In this document: positions 13,260 through 24,831 of the stretch, piece after piece | Layout: every line of letters begins with the position of its first letter | Position numbering within the stretch: the first letter of the stretch is position 1 | DNA from: Nageia nagi | Lineage: Eukaryota; Plantae; Pinophyta | Length of the DNA: 64,000 bases | NCBI GenBank assembly: GCA_050084985.1 | Contig: JBITNC010000001.1 | Location: forward strand, 83,638,001 to 83,702,000 | Direction of reading: 5' to 3' | Notes under the pieces: generated by a model | Told to the model about the DNA's origin: nothing | The model's database searches: none | What the model saw: the letters and a program-made list of their open reading frames with translations, nothing else | Translations under genes and position numbers: made by a program

Positions 13260-14720
13260 AAGCTTTCAATGTAGTGAAAAGCGTTGATGTGTATGTGTCA
13301 ACATTTGAAATAGAAGTTAGTGCCCACGACATTTTAGTGGTTAAAATAAGCTTGAAGGTTAAAACGAAGTTATCAGCTAGGTCCTAGGTGCATTCTATAG
13401 GTTTGAATGCAGTGAAGTATTAAGCCTCCTCCATTTTGTACCCAACTTTAAGTCCACACGTTCACTTGTTTTTTACTTCATATTCATTGCAAACTGTCCT
13501 CTTTCATGCCTAACTCGATTTCTTCACCTCCGCTTTTTTGTTTTTGTTTTTGTTTTTTTTTGTTTTTGGCTTTTGACTTTATATTTAGTGCATCACACCA
13601 TCCGAGAAGAAAGCGAACTGAAATGTGCATGCGCTATCAACTGAAAGCTCCTTCCAATTCGAAAAATCATACAAGCTTCTTACATGTCATGAAACCGTAT
13701 TGTTATATCAGTTTCGAAAGACTGCAGTCATATTTTGTGGGATCACAAGCTCTCCAAACTTGTTCCTCCCTCAGATTGCGATCAAGGTAAGAGGTTTCAT
13801 ATTATTCTCATGATTATCTCATTTTTTGATTGCCTGAGAAATCGTTTTTCCATTTAGAGTCATCACCCTTTCCCTGTGATTATAAAAATGTTTAAATATA
13901 GCATGACCATTCAAAGCGCTTTGATAAAAGAAACTAAGGACTGTATTTAAACCGCTCAATGAGGAAAACATTATGGTTGTCTCTTAATATTCTTTGCAAG
14001 TTAAGTTTCATTGTATTTGGCTAAACAAAGAAGAAGATGAAACCACTCGGTAGTTCAACACAGAAGTATCCTGGGCACAGATTGATTTTTACTTTTGGAT
14101 CGTTGTCTACCGACGCCACACTAGCAGGGTTGATATATATGAAGAAGGGTGTTGTGCTAAAATATAACTTCCATGAATCTCATCTGATTGCGATTGAAAA
14201 TAAGAGTGAGGACATGCTCGTCCTAGTATAAGGCTTTCCTATGAATGGAAGAATATAAAAGATAAAAATATGTGGAGGAATCTACAATATTATGAACATT
14301 ATACAACGCGTGCACAAGGATTCGATCCCATGGACGACAATGATTATGAGATATGCATAAAACGGACTCACCGAGGAAGCTCTAAATGAAGGGAATACAA
14401 TGAAGTCGTTTTGTACCAAAAGAACTCACATTTGTTGTGCTACTCTATGCGCTACCTCATCCTTGCAAGAGTGTGTTCACATCAATCGAAAATTAATTAA
14501 AAAACAGGGTTTCACTATGATGTTGTCATTGCGAATGCTCCGATTGACATATATACACTAATTTTGGGAATATACACAAAGCCCACGTATTGTTTGACAA
14601 AACAATAGACAAGAATATGTTGGCATGGAATACATCTATTAAAGGGTCTGCATATAATAGGTTTATTGACGAAGCAATGAAACTTAAAAAGGAATACCTA
14701 AAAGAGATATAATATTACGA
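13260..14720. promoter_or_regulatory. CpG-retaining non-TE island, candidate distal regulatory region or ncRNA exon
   Basis: Many intact CG dinucleotides compared with flanks, no TE motifs, no credible ORF, consensus donor-like AAG|GTAAG at ~13784-13791. Confidence 0.35.
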
Positions 14721-17700
14721 AATTCAATGATAATGAGTAATGAACATAATGAGTAAAGGAGTTTGAGTAAGATTTAATAACATTTGCAATTATTTTTATT
14801 AATAAAAAATGAATTTTTCAGCTTAAAAACTAGGTATGAGTAGTCATACAATTTTGAAGTTGTGTTCTAAAGAAAAAGTAGAGGATGTATATGTAAAAGA
14901 AGAGTTGATTAAATTTTATAAAAAAATATTATTCATCGAATCATGTTAACCGACATACTATCATGTTGTAAAGTATGGGTGTCAATAATGTTTTGTTGAA
15001 TTTTATGCATAAACCATACTTAATGTAAGACCTATGGAGTCCCTTACATTTAACTTTATCTTCCCAAGGAAGATATAAATACATATATATTGTAGCAAAA
15101 TATTCATTATTGCATTGGATCATTCAAAAATAGTAATAACAATAGAGATTTGTTTGTTCTTCAACTCATATGTATTATTGTGTGGAATGCTTTCCATTTA
15201 TATATATATATCGAGTAAAAATAAGATGATATTAATATATTTAATGTAATGCTAATTAGGTGGGTACTCGTGACTTTCTCATTTTGTACAATAGTTTTGG
15301 ATATTTTTGTGGTTGATTCCAAACTATATTTTACAAATTAGTTTTTTTTAGAGGCTATAACATTATTTCTAGATCTCTTTTTAATGTGATTGTTTTTGTA
15401 TTGGATATATGTTTTCAATAAATTTCTAATCGTATATAACATGTTGTACTTTATAATCATATCATACTTAGAACCCATTATTTTGTAAAATGTAGTTACC
15501 CAATCCTACTGAATAAAAATCATGATGTATGTCACTTCTAGTTGAGTTTTGATCTATCTATTCTCCTTTATATATTCTATATATTTCATAATTGGATAAA
15601 ACTTTTGATACCTTTTGAATGATATTTAAAGATATATGGTTTAGGTAAAATTCAGCATTATTCATCTAAGTTTTCATGAACATAGTTGACTAGTTTGTCT
15701 CTATTATGAACCTAGATTTTATCTCTAGGGATCATATTTTAGATCTTTTCCTTGTCCCAAATTTGGATTTTATTTTAATGACATCATCATCTAAAAAATA
15801 AGAACCTTACAAAATTTTCCTTTGTATTTATATCAAAAACTTCACTATATTCTCTTGATCCACTATATTTATCCCATAAACTTCACTATACTTCCCTATT
15901 TCGATTTATCTACACCAAAATGTGTTTCTTAGTATTGTTCCTAGGAATTTATTTATTTTATATTTTTTCTAGTTTTTCTATTGCCATTATGAACTTCAAA
16001 ATCTTTAAAATTATTTGGTACAAGCATACGTACTATGTTATTTCAAACTTAGATTATACATGAATGAAATTAATATTGTAATGATATTGTCATGTAAGTC
16101 TGTCTTGTAGTCTTGCAATTGCTTTTGATAATAGGTTTATATATTATCATAAAATACATGGTTTTTAATAGGATCCCAAAATGTATTATAATAAAAATGG
16201 ATTTTGACATGGTCCCTAAACTTGTTACATATATTTCTTATCTAGCTTTATCTATCTACCACCTAGCCATATCCAAGTGAAGGTAGTCCATGTGTAGAAT
16301 AAACAAATTCAACCAACACTCTCCTTATATCCTAATCGTAGTTCATTCAATAATTTTTTTATTTATTGATCTTTTGTTAGAAATAAGATGTTCCCATGCT
16401 TATCAAATATGTGTTGCATTCATCTCATAATCTTTTCCACATTTTTTTGCATTATTAATTTCTTGATATCGTCTCTGTTTAAGTCCTTTCTCTATATTTG
16501 TAGTCTATTTTATGTTATTTAGAATTTCTTCTTTCTCTTGTGACACTTTTTGAATTTCTTCTCTTTCATATCCATATTCATTTCTTTATTTTTTCCATGC
16601 TTATGTCATTGATCCTACCTTCTCATCTATTGTAATCTTCATATTAGGTCATTTATGTTTAGGTCTTTTTATTTTCCTATAATTTGGATATTCAACTATT
16701 CTTCCTCTTCAATATTATTGTTTACAAATATTTTAAGAAATGCAAATAAATAAATAATTACAAAACCCAAGATACATGTTTCGAGCTACAGATAGCAATT
16801 TAGACCATACAAAAAAATAGATGAAGAAGATAGCCACTCTAGAATTAGGACAACAATACCAATCAAAAATTGTGATTTGTATACATACCTTACGAAGTGT
16901 ACCTGACATTGAAGGATGATGATATATTTGATAAGTTGATTGCAAAAGAATCTTGCTCTAGAAGCTATGACATAAAATAGCATAGAAAAAGGATTATGAG
17001 AGGTCTATATGTTACTTAGGAGGAGCACTGGTGATGTATTTAGCATGAATAAGGAGCGTTGATGATCTTCATCAAAATGCCTTTTATTTTCAAACCATGT
17101 CAAGTACCTGCATATGGATCTTTTGAATAAAGATGTGATATCGATATAGATCATTAGTGTCAAAATAACTCACGTAAGGAAGTACACAAACCATAGCCTT
17201 GAATGGTAGTGTCAAGAGACACCTAAAGGATTGCCACTACCAAGACCAAATATGGGATCATGTATCTCTTTGATGTGGACTTACTATTAGATCCTTATTT
17301 ATATAGATAATAATATGACTTACTCCTTAGGTCGACATGTACCTACATAAATAGGGTTAGCTCATAATACATAACGATATTCAAGACAACCATTAATATC
17401 ATAACCATATTCAAAATAAACATTGACATTATAATCACATTCAAGATAAGCATTAATATCTTTGCATTAAATATTCTAGGTGTATATTAGTGTAAGCAAA
17501 TGTATTTAATTAAATGCATAAATAAATTTTATGCGATAATAGATGCCCCACTTTGGATGAGAAATTGATATCACTTGGTGCATTGAAATTTTTCATTCAA
17601 AGTACAATCAAGATGTCATAGCAATAAGATATTAGCAAGCATTGATAAGCATAATACCAACACTAATCAATATATGAATTTCAAAAAAGATTGTAATATA

Positions 17701-17782
17701 ACAAAACTTGTAAAAGCTAAATATGGGTTGAGAAAACTCCCTACTATGATGTTTTTCAATTTTCCCCTTATCATGATACTGA

Positions 17783-17908
17783 TGACACATGACCTCACAT
17801 GACAACACACATGATAACACATGACCACACATGATAACATATGACAACACATGACCATTCATGACCACACATGAATAGACATGACAACACATGACCACAC
17901 ATGACCAT
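17783..17908. repeat. 10-bp tandem repeat (CATGACMACA), about 12 copies
   Basis: Directly visible. It produces the spurious Cys/Val-rich ORFs at 17632-18083. Confidence 0.9.
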
Positions 17909-17987
17909 ACCAAGACCTTATCAATAAGATAACATATGAAATATAACAACTTTGACAAACATGAGTGACTAGCATATTGTAGTAGAA

Positions 17988-18470
17988 TGGGAGCTCAACT
18001 TTGTACCAAGAGGCATGATAATATGAGACTTGTAACTCTGTGCCAAGGGGCATGATATGATGAGAGCTGAAACTTTGTGCCAAGAGGTATAATATGATGA
18101 GAACTGAAACTTTGCACCAAGAGGCATGATATGATGAGAGCTAAAACTCTACATCAAGAGGCATGATAATATGAGAGCTAAAACTCTATGTTAAGAGGCA
18201 TGATAATATTGGAGCTAAAACTCTACATCAAGAGGCATGATAATATGAGAGCTAAAACTCTATGTCAAGAGGCATGATAATATGAGAGCTAAAACTCTAT
18301 GCCAAGAGGCATGATAATATGAGAGCTAAAACTCTGCACCAAGGGGCATGATATGATGAGAGCTAAAACTCTACACCAAGGGGCATGATATGATGAGAGA
18401 TGAAACTCTGCACCAAGGGGCATGATATGATGAGAGCTAAAAATTTGGGCTAATTGGCATGATAATATGT
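17988..18470. repeat. ~37-bp tandem repeat (GAGCTAAAACTCTATGCCAAGAGGCATGATAATATGA), about 13 copies
   Basis: Directly visible head-to-tail units, with extra partial units at ~18517, ~21463 and ~21508. Confidence 0.92.
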
Positions 18471-19479
18471 GATAATGCATGAAATCTCATGTTGAAGAAC
18501 CATGATGTCTATGTGGGAGCTAAAACTCTATGCCAACTAAATACAATCCAAGATATAACCATATAGGTAATTCTTCATCATGTCTAACAAATTAGGATGT
18601 TCAATCGAATAAAATAAGAAATATGAGCGATCTATTTTGAAAGAAGCACATTGCTGGTGGTCCTTAATGCCTAATAGAAGAAAGTCATAGGTGTTCCTTT
18701 TCTTAAGGAATTTTTGAAAATTGTAAAGCCTAGATAATGGTGTATTTCCTATTGATTATGATTGATTGGTTTGTTTGCCTATTTGTAATCTATAGTTGTA
18801 CAAATCAAAATTATCTAGAAATATGTGCTTTTAAAATATTTTAAAAAGGGCTTGACCCCCTTTCATTATCACTTGCTTGCATTTTGAGAGAAGAGAGTGC
18901 TTTGGAGCTTTGAGAACCTATTCAATGGGTGTTTGTTCCTAACTTTGCTACTATCAATTTGTGATTACTTTTACTTCTTTTTCATAGCTTCTTACAATGG
19001 CTTTACCAATTGCATGTTAGGAGGGACATATAGCCGCTTTGGTGATGAACTCTCCTATTGGTCATTATGTAAATAATCTTTACCTATCTTTTCTTTAGTG
19101 CATTCCTACTTTTTCCTATGTTTTTATAGCTTTCCTATAAATTCAACATTCTATCCTTAGGGTTTTACTTATTAGAATACATATGATTTCATTTTTTATT
19201 TTTAGTGATATTTTTTATTTTCTTATCTCCATGATAAGGTTTGCCTTTTTTTGTATGACCATATATATGAAATTTTATCATGTTGTATAGGAAGAGGGCC
19301 ACTAGTGGTCCCTTTTGCCCTATTTTATACCATGGGTGATCCTCTTTTACTATAGTTTGGACCATGGGTAGTCCTCTTTTATTGTTCTTAAAACATTGGT
19401 GGTCCTTTTTTATATATCTACAAAACTTAGAAAATGCATTAATAATTGGAACTAATCTTACTTTTTCTATGCTTTTTTC

Positions 19480-20924
19480 CAAGATCATAGCTATTACATG
19501 AGGGATTTCAAGAAAAGTACTATCTTTACAGTTGCTCAATAATGATCCCAATCAAAAGAGAGCTAGAGCACACTCAAGGTTATTTCTTTGAGTTATTTGG
19601 ATTTTGTTGATTACATTTATCATGATTGGGACATGTTGATGGCTTTGATGGAGAGGTGGGATCCTAATTCCAAAACCTTTCACCTACCCACCAGGGAGAT
19701 TATGATGACACTTGAGGATATATACATGATCACTAAGCTACCTATCATAGATAAGCTAGTGAATATGGTTCCCATTCCTAGCATGGAATAAGCAAAGGAG
19801 GGGGCTATATGGCTCATAGGCTTAGATGCAGTAAACCATAAGCAGAGGGGAGTTTTCCTAATGCAACATTTACCAAAGGATCCTCCAACATGGGCTAACC
19901 TATAGTTGAGGCTTTTGATTGCCTACTTACTAAATGCTATTATCTATTCAGATAAGAGCAATGAGACGTTTTCTATGGGGATGGTTCTTGATATCATGGA
20001 TATGGTTTTACATGAGCAACGATATGCATGGTGCCCAACTATTTTGGCATAGTTATATCATGATTTGCATTCATTCGCTAAGGTGGAGAGAGGAGGGAGA
20101 TAGGTGGCTCACTCTATGATAATATAGGTATGGGCCTATGATCACATAGGCATATCTAAACCAACCTCCCTACCATTATACCTACCTGATGATGTGTCCA
20201 CATGGCAATTATTCACTACTATACATGGTTCTAACTTTTCTAATGTTGAATTAGATGGATGGAGGATATGATTTAAGACACTCAGGTAGTCACATATGTA
20301 CTAGCATCTCTATAGATATGCCCTAAAATAGGATGAGGATATGCACAAGCTAGCTTGGGTGAGACACTTGACATATATTCAGGCACATAGGGCATTAATG
20401 GAGCCATACAAGCTAGAGTGAGTACTTTAACATTTTGGGATGCAACAAGGGATACCAGATGATTATAGGATAATAGTATGCTATTATCATAACAAGGATT
20501 TTATTAAGGATTATGAGCTAGTACCAAATTAGGATTTCAAGTGGACATCCCCTAATAAAGAATTTTGATTTTGAGTATGACCCAAATATAAATGATCTTG
20601 AGCATATCAAGGACTTTTTGGACTAGTGATGAGAATGTAATTCTCACCACCTAGGCATACATGAGGTAAACTAGCTTGAGGATGAGGGAGATAATGATGG
20701 CATAGGGGATGCACCAACTAGGTGGGATACAGGATACACTTAGGTAGGATGGGGCTCATATGACATGGGTGATGCTCATGATGAGACACTCAATGCAGGT
20801 CATGATGATAATGAGGAGACCAACCTAGAGTAGGATGATTATGAGCTAGACACAGAGAAAGACATAGATGTAGTCAAAGATGAGAAAAATGATGATAGTA
20901 TTTATTCTTTTTATCTTATATATA

Positions 20925-20986
<62 letters not shown>

Positions 20987-21335
20987 CATTTATAAATACA
21001 TTCAATACTGATATGTGATTTTTATTTGTAGATGATGAGGATCCTAAACTAGATGTGGCTCAGTTACATAGACCCATAGAGTAAAAGGATGCTAAAATTA
21101 GAGAGCTACATGGTCAACTATGATATGGAGGAGGAGACTATGCTAGCCTATACTAGGACGTATAAAGAGCAAATGCATAGATCCAAGATCTTTATGAGTA
21201 GCTATGTAAAGGCTAAGAGATAAGTAGGTGAAAAGAAAGTAAGGGCTAAGAAATACAAGGCTAGGGGCGGGGGTAGTGGTTCTAGCAGGGCTACTAGTTC
21301 TAGTGTAGGGGGATGAGGTCCTTCAGGGAGATGAA
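19480..21335 (+). pseudogene. Plant mobile domain (PMD / aminotransferase-like, MAIN/MAIL-type) gene carried antisense in the LTR element
   Basis: Motifs ALMERWDPNSKTFHLPTREIMMTLEDIYMITKLP, QRYAWCPTILA*LYHDL, VWAYDHI and MEPYKLE*VL*HFGMQQGIP. An acidic tail follows, with a probable GT-AG intron at 20898-21031. Confidence 0.85.
20917..20985. repeat. (TA)n microsatellite inside the probable PMD intron
   Basis: Directly visible. Confidence 0.95.
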
Positions 21336-21559
21336 AGTTATACTCATATAATTATCACTCAACCATGCTGAGATTTTGTAAAATGATGAACCTTTTTATG
21401 ATATATAAAAGATGACTTTTGTTTATTTTCTTTATTATTTATGATATGTATTTATGAATATGAGAGCTAAAACTCTATGCCAAGCCTGCAAGGATATAGT
21501 GATCTGGGAGCTAAAACTCCACACAAAGGGGTATTCATTAATTTTAAGTTTGATAAAAT

Positions 21560-23230
21560 TTAACTATAAAAGAGGACCATATGTGGTCCATTTTTGACAA
21601 AACTTGAACACCAATGCTCTTGTTATTATGTTAAAGTGATCTGCCATTTTCTCCATCATGATGTTGATTAGTTCATCTATCCTACTATTAGTTCCATTAG
21701 TGTTAGTAAGATCATGCATATTTAACAAATGATGTAATTAGAGGGCCTTTTGGCCCCACTGGTGCTGGCTTCATTCAATTTTTTTCCTTATTTTTCCCAT
21801 ATGAAAATGGGTTCTTTCATCATATTTCCTTATGTATACAATATTCATGCATTATGTTGTGACATGGGGTTCTTGTAAATCCCCAAATTTTCATTATTTA
21901 CATGTACAAGAGTCATTTTTTGTTCTTTTTATTTTTTGAATGATATTGCTTTCTTATCTACTAAATCTTGGATAATATCTTTAAACTATTTGCATTCACA
22001 TGTTTTATGTCCATGAGATTTTAGTGGTTTTTTGGCTTATAGGTGGTACTTGAATCAAACCCTTTTGTAGCAATGATTGTAACAACTCATCATGATCTTC
22101 TATAATCTTGGTGTATACTCGAGAGGTTTTATGCTTTATTGAACAAGGCATTTCTTTCATTGTTATAACTATTGCTATCATTCTCATAGTTGACAATTTC
22201 CTTTCTTCTCCTTTAAATTTCTAGGAACTAATTTTCAATAGGTGCTTCTCTTTTTGAATCATAGACATAATCATTTTGGAGCAGGGTTGCTCTAGATAGT
22301 TGAAAAATTATAGTATCATATCATATCTAAGGGATTTTATCAGCATATGTTTTAGATCTTTTTCACTTAGATTTATAAATGTTGCTATTTTTCTCCATGC
22401 TTTCACAAATTCATCAAATGATTTGTTCTCACCTTGTTTCATTCTTGCTAAATCAATAAGGGTTGGTTTTCTTTTTATGTCGTGTTGATATTTATTTAGG
22501 AATTCTTGTTTCAATTACTCATATCTGGTGATAGTTTGATTTTCAAGACTGTAAAACCATTCAAAAGCTTCTTTCTCTAAACTAAGTTGAAATAATCTTG
22601 CTAACATATTTGCATCATGTTGATGGTTGCAAGCTGCTTCGTTAAAGATCATGATGTGTATTCTTGGATGAATAATGCCATCATATTTATTGAAATATAT
22701 GTCTTCCTCTTCCTATGTTTTGCCTTTTATTTTTGTACAAAAGGGGTGCCTTTCATTTAACTGTTCACCCACTTTTTCTTTACTCAATAATGTTAGCCTC
22801 TTTAGTTGTTCAACCATTACTTTCAGTTGTGCCACTCTTTTGTCTAATTTTTCTTTTTTATTTTGTGTAGTTACATTTTATTATTTTTCTCTTTCTCTAG
22901 GGGATCAAGTTTTTTAATTTCTTCTTCATTCTCATATTCCAGTGTTTTAAGAGTGAATCTCCCATTTTGATCTCTCCATTCATACATTAGTTGATTATCT
23001 AATTCTTTGATAATTACTTGCCTTACACATAGTTGATCTTTTTGATAAGATTGTGTGCCTATTATCTTTCTCATCGCTATCTGTTTAATCTCTTTTTCCC
23101 AAACTGATCAATAAGGGTAAGCATTGATAAGTCCTTATGCCACAGGGTTAGTTTCAAGTTCTATTTCTATTTCATTATCTAACTCATCATCAAACTCTAC
23201 CATCTCATCATTTGAATGTTCATAATTAGC
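21560..23230 (-). pseudogene. Degenerate gag of the pol-less element
   Basis: KYDGIIHPRIHIMIF...MLARLFQLSLEKEAFEWFYSLE...KQEFLNKYQH...LARMKQGENKSFDEFVKAWR (Retrotrans_gag), and a later H.CK*FKDIIQDLVD knuckle region. Confidence 0.85.
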
Positions 23231-23277
23231 CTCCTCTTGTGTTATTGGTTCATGACTTTTTAAATTTTCCATAAGTG

Positions 23278-23976
23278 TTAGGGACAATGAAGGTTGACGA
23301 AGTTTTGACTCAAGACGAAAGGATTTTGGTCAAGAAAAAGCATACAAAAATTCACATAGTTTTCCATAAAAACAATTGGCCATAGGTAATCCATTTTAAT
23401 AGGATTTAGATTGCAAGTAGTCCTATTTTGATTTATTAAGGTGTACAACAAAAGGGCAGGCTTATCAAGCAGTATCCTAGAAGGTGACCTAAGATTGCTT
23501 ATGATCAAAATTTTGTAGATGATATGCAATGAATGAGCTATGGTAGGATCTTTGTTAAACCTATAAAATATCCTAAGGAGTTTTATGAATTCTTGTAATA
23601 ACCTTAATTTATCTTCTATTAGGTTTAAATTATTAGAGTTTTTAGATTGATAGAGGGCTAATTGTAATTTATTTTTAAAATATTGAACTATTTTTTCTTT
23701 AGGGTTCTCATTGTCTTTTGAAACCCCATGATAAGATTCATCATTTATTATATTTATACCTATTTTACTAGGATCATCATTATCTTCAAAATCTCCATGA
23801 TAAGATTCATCATCAGAAAAATTGGTTTCAATAGCCAAAAGGACACTATCTTTATTTAACCTAGCACTTTTTCTTATTGATGTCACTCCTTTCCATGATT
23901 TTCTTTTTCTTTTAGTTGGTTCAAGTTTTGATTGGTTCAATGATAAGTGATCTAATGAATTATTCATATTTTTCAA
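23278..23976 (-). CDS. Extra ORF between PBS and gag (Ogre-like upstream ORF), unknown function
   Basis: 232-codon open frame in an otherwise stop-riddled element, with basic NLS-like PTKRKRKSW...RKSARL and an internal duplication DDESYHG/NDESYHG. Confidence 0.4.
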   Translation of the reverse strand: MKNMNNSLDHLSLNQSKLEPTKRKRKSWKGVTSIRKSARLNKDSVLLAIETNFSDDESYHGDFEDNDDPSKIGINIINDESYHGVSKDNENPKEKIVQYFKNKLQLALYQSKNSNNLNLIEDKLRLLQEFIKLLRIFYRFNKDPTIAHSLHIIYKILIISNLRSPSRILLDKPALLLYTLINQNRTTCNLNPIKMDYLWPIVFMENYVNFCMLFLDQNPFVLSQNFVNLHCP

Positions 23977-23985
23977 AAGTTAAGT

Positions 23986-24003
23986 TTCATGTCAGGTTCA
24001 CCA
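23986..24003 (-). other. Primer-binding site complementary to tRNA-Trp
   Basis: The reverse complement is TGGTGAACCTGACATGAA versus TGGTGAACCCGACGTGAA expected from the plant tRNA-Trp 3' end. Both mismatches are CpG transitions. Confidence 0.8.
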
Positions 24004-24831
24004 AATGTTTACAAATATTTTGAGAATGTAAATAAATAAATAATTACAAAATCCAAGATACTTGTGTTGAGCTATGGATAGTAATTTAGACCATACAAAA
24101 CAATAGTTGAATAAGATAGCCACTCTAGAATTAGGATGATAATATCAATCAAGAACTATGATTTCTATACTTACCTTACAAAGTGTACCTAACATCAGAG
24201 GATGATGATATATTTGATGAGTTGATTGTAAAATAATTCTAATCTAGAATCTATGATCTAAATATCATAGAAAGAGGATTGCAAGCAGTCTATATGTTGT
24301 TTAGGAGGAGCACTAGTGATGTATTTAGCATGAATAAGGAGCATTGATGGTCTTCATCATAATGCCTTTTATTTTCAAACTAAGTCAAATACTTGCATAT
24401 GGATCTTTTAAACAAAGATGTGATATCAATATAGATCATCAGTGTCATAATAGCTCATGTAAGGAAGTACACAAACCATAGCCTTGAATGGCAATATCAA
24501 GAGACATCTAAAGGATTGCCACCACCAAGACCAAATAGGAGATCATGTATCTCCTTGATGTGAACTTACTATTAGATCCCTATTTATATAGATAATAATA
24601 TGACCTACTCCTTAGGTCAGTGTGTACCTACATAAATAGGGTTCGCCCATAATACATAATGATATTCAATACAACCATTAATATCATAACCATATTCAAA
24701 ATAAACATTGACATTATAATCACATTCAAGATAAACATTGATATCTTTGTATTAAATATTCTAGGTGTATATTAGTGTAAGCAAATGCATTTATTTAAAT
24801 GCATAAATAAATTTTATGCTTTAATAATTAT

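Larger units (their letters stand above)
16719..24826 (-). mobile_element. Complete non-autonomous Ogre/Tat-like LTR retrotransposon (gag + antisense PMD, no pol)
   Basis: LTRs at 16719-17541 and 24006-24826. TSD ATTAT at 16714-16718 and 24827-24831. PBS at 23986-24003 and PPT (rc AAAGTGGGGCATC) at 17542-17554. Confidence 0.9.

Noticed and set aside
13506-14231. Short ORFs in the CpG island as a protein-coding gene
   Set aside because: Low-complexity start (TTTTTG repeats), no family motifs and no coherent exon chain.
15700-16320. Possible fourth DUF4283 ORF1 remnant on the minus strand (HGLP...IRNICNKF)
   Set aside because: Too decayed to support by eye; it needs an HMM search.
17988-18470. 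Regular ~37-bp array resembling a CRISPR array
   Set aside because: Units are head-to-tail with no unique spacers, there are no cas genes, and the array lies in the 3' region of a plant LTR element.
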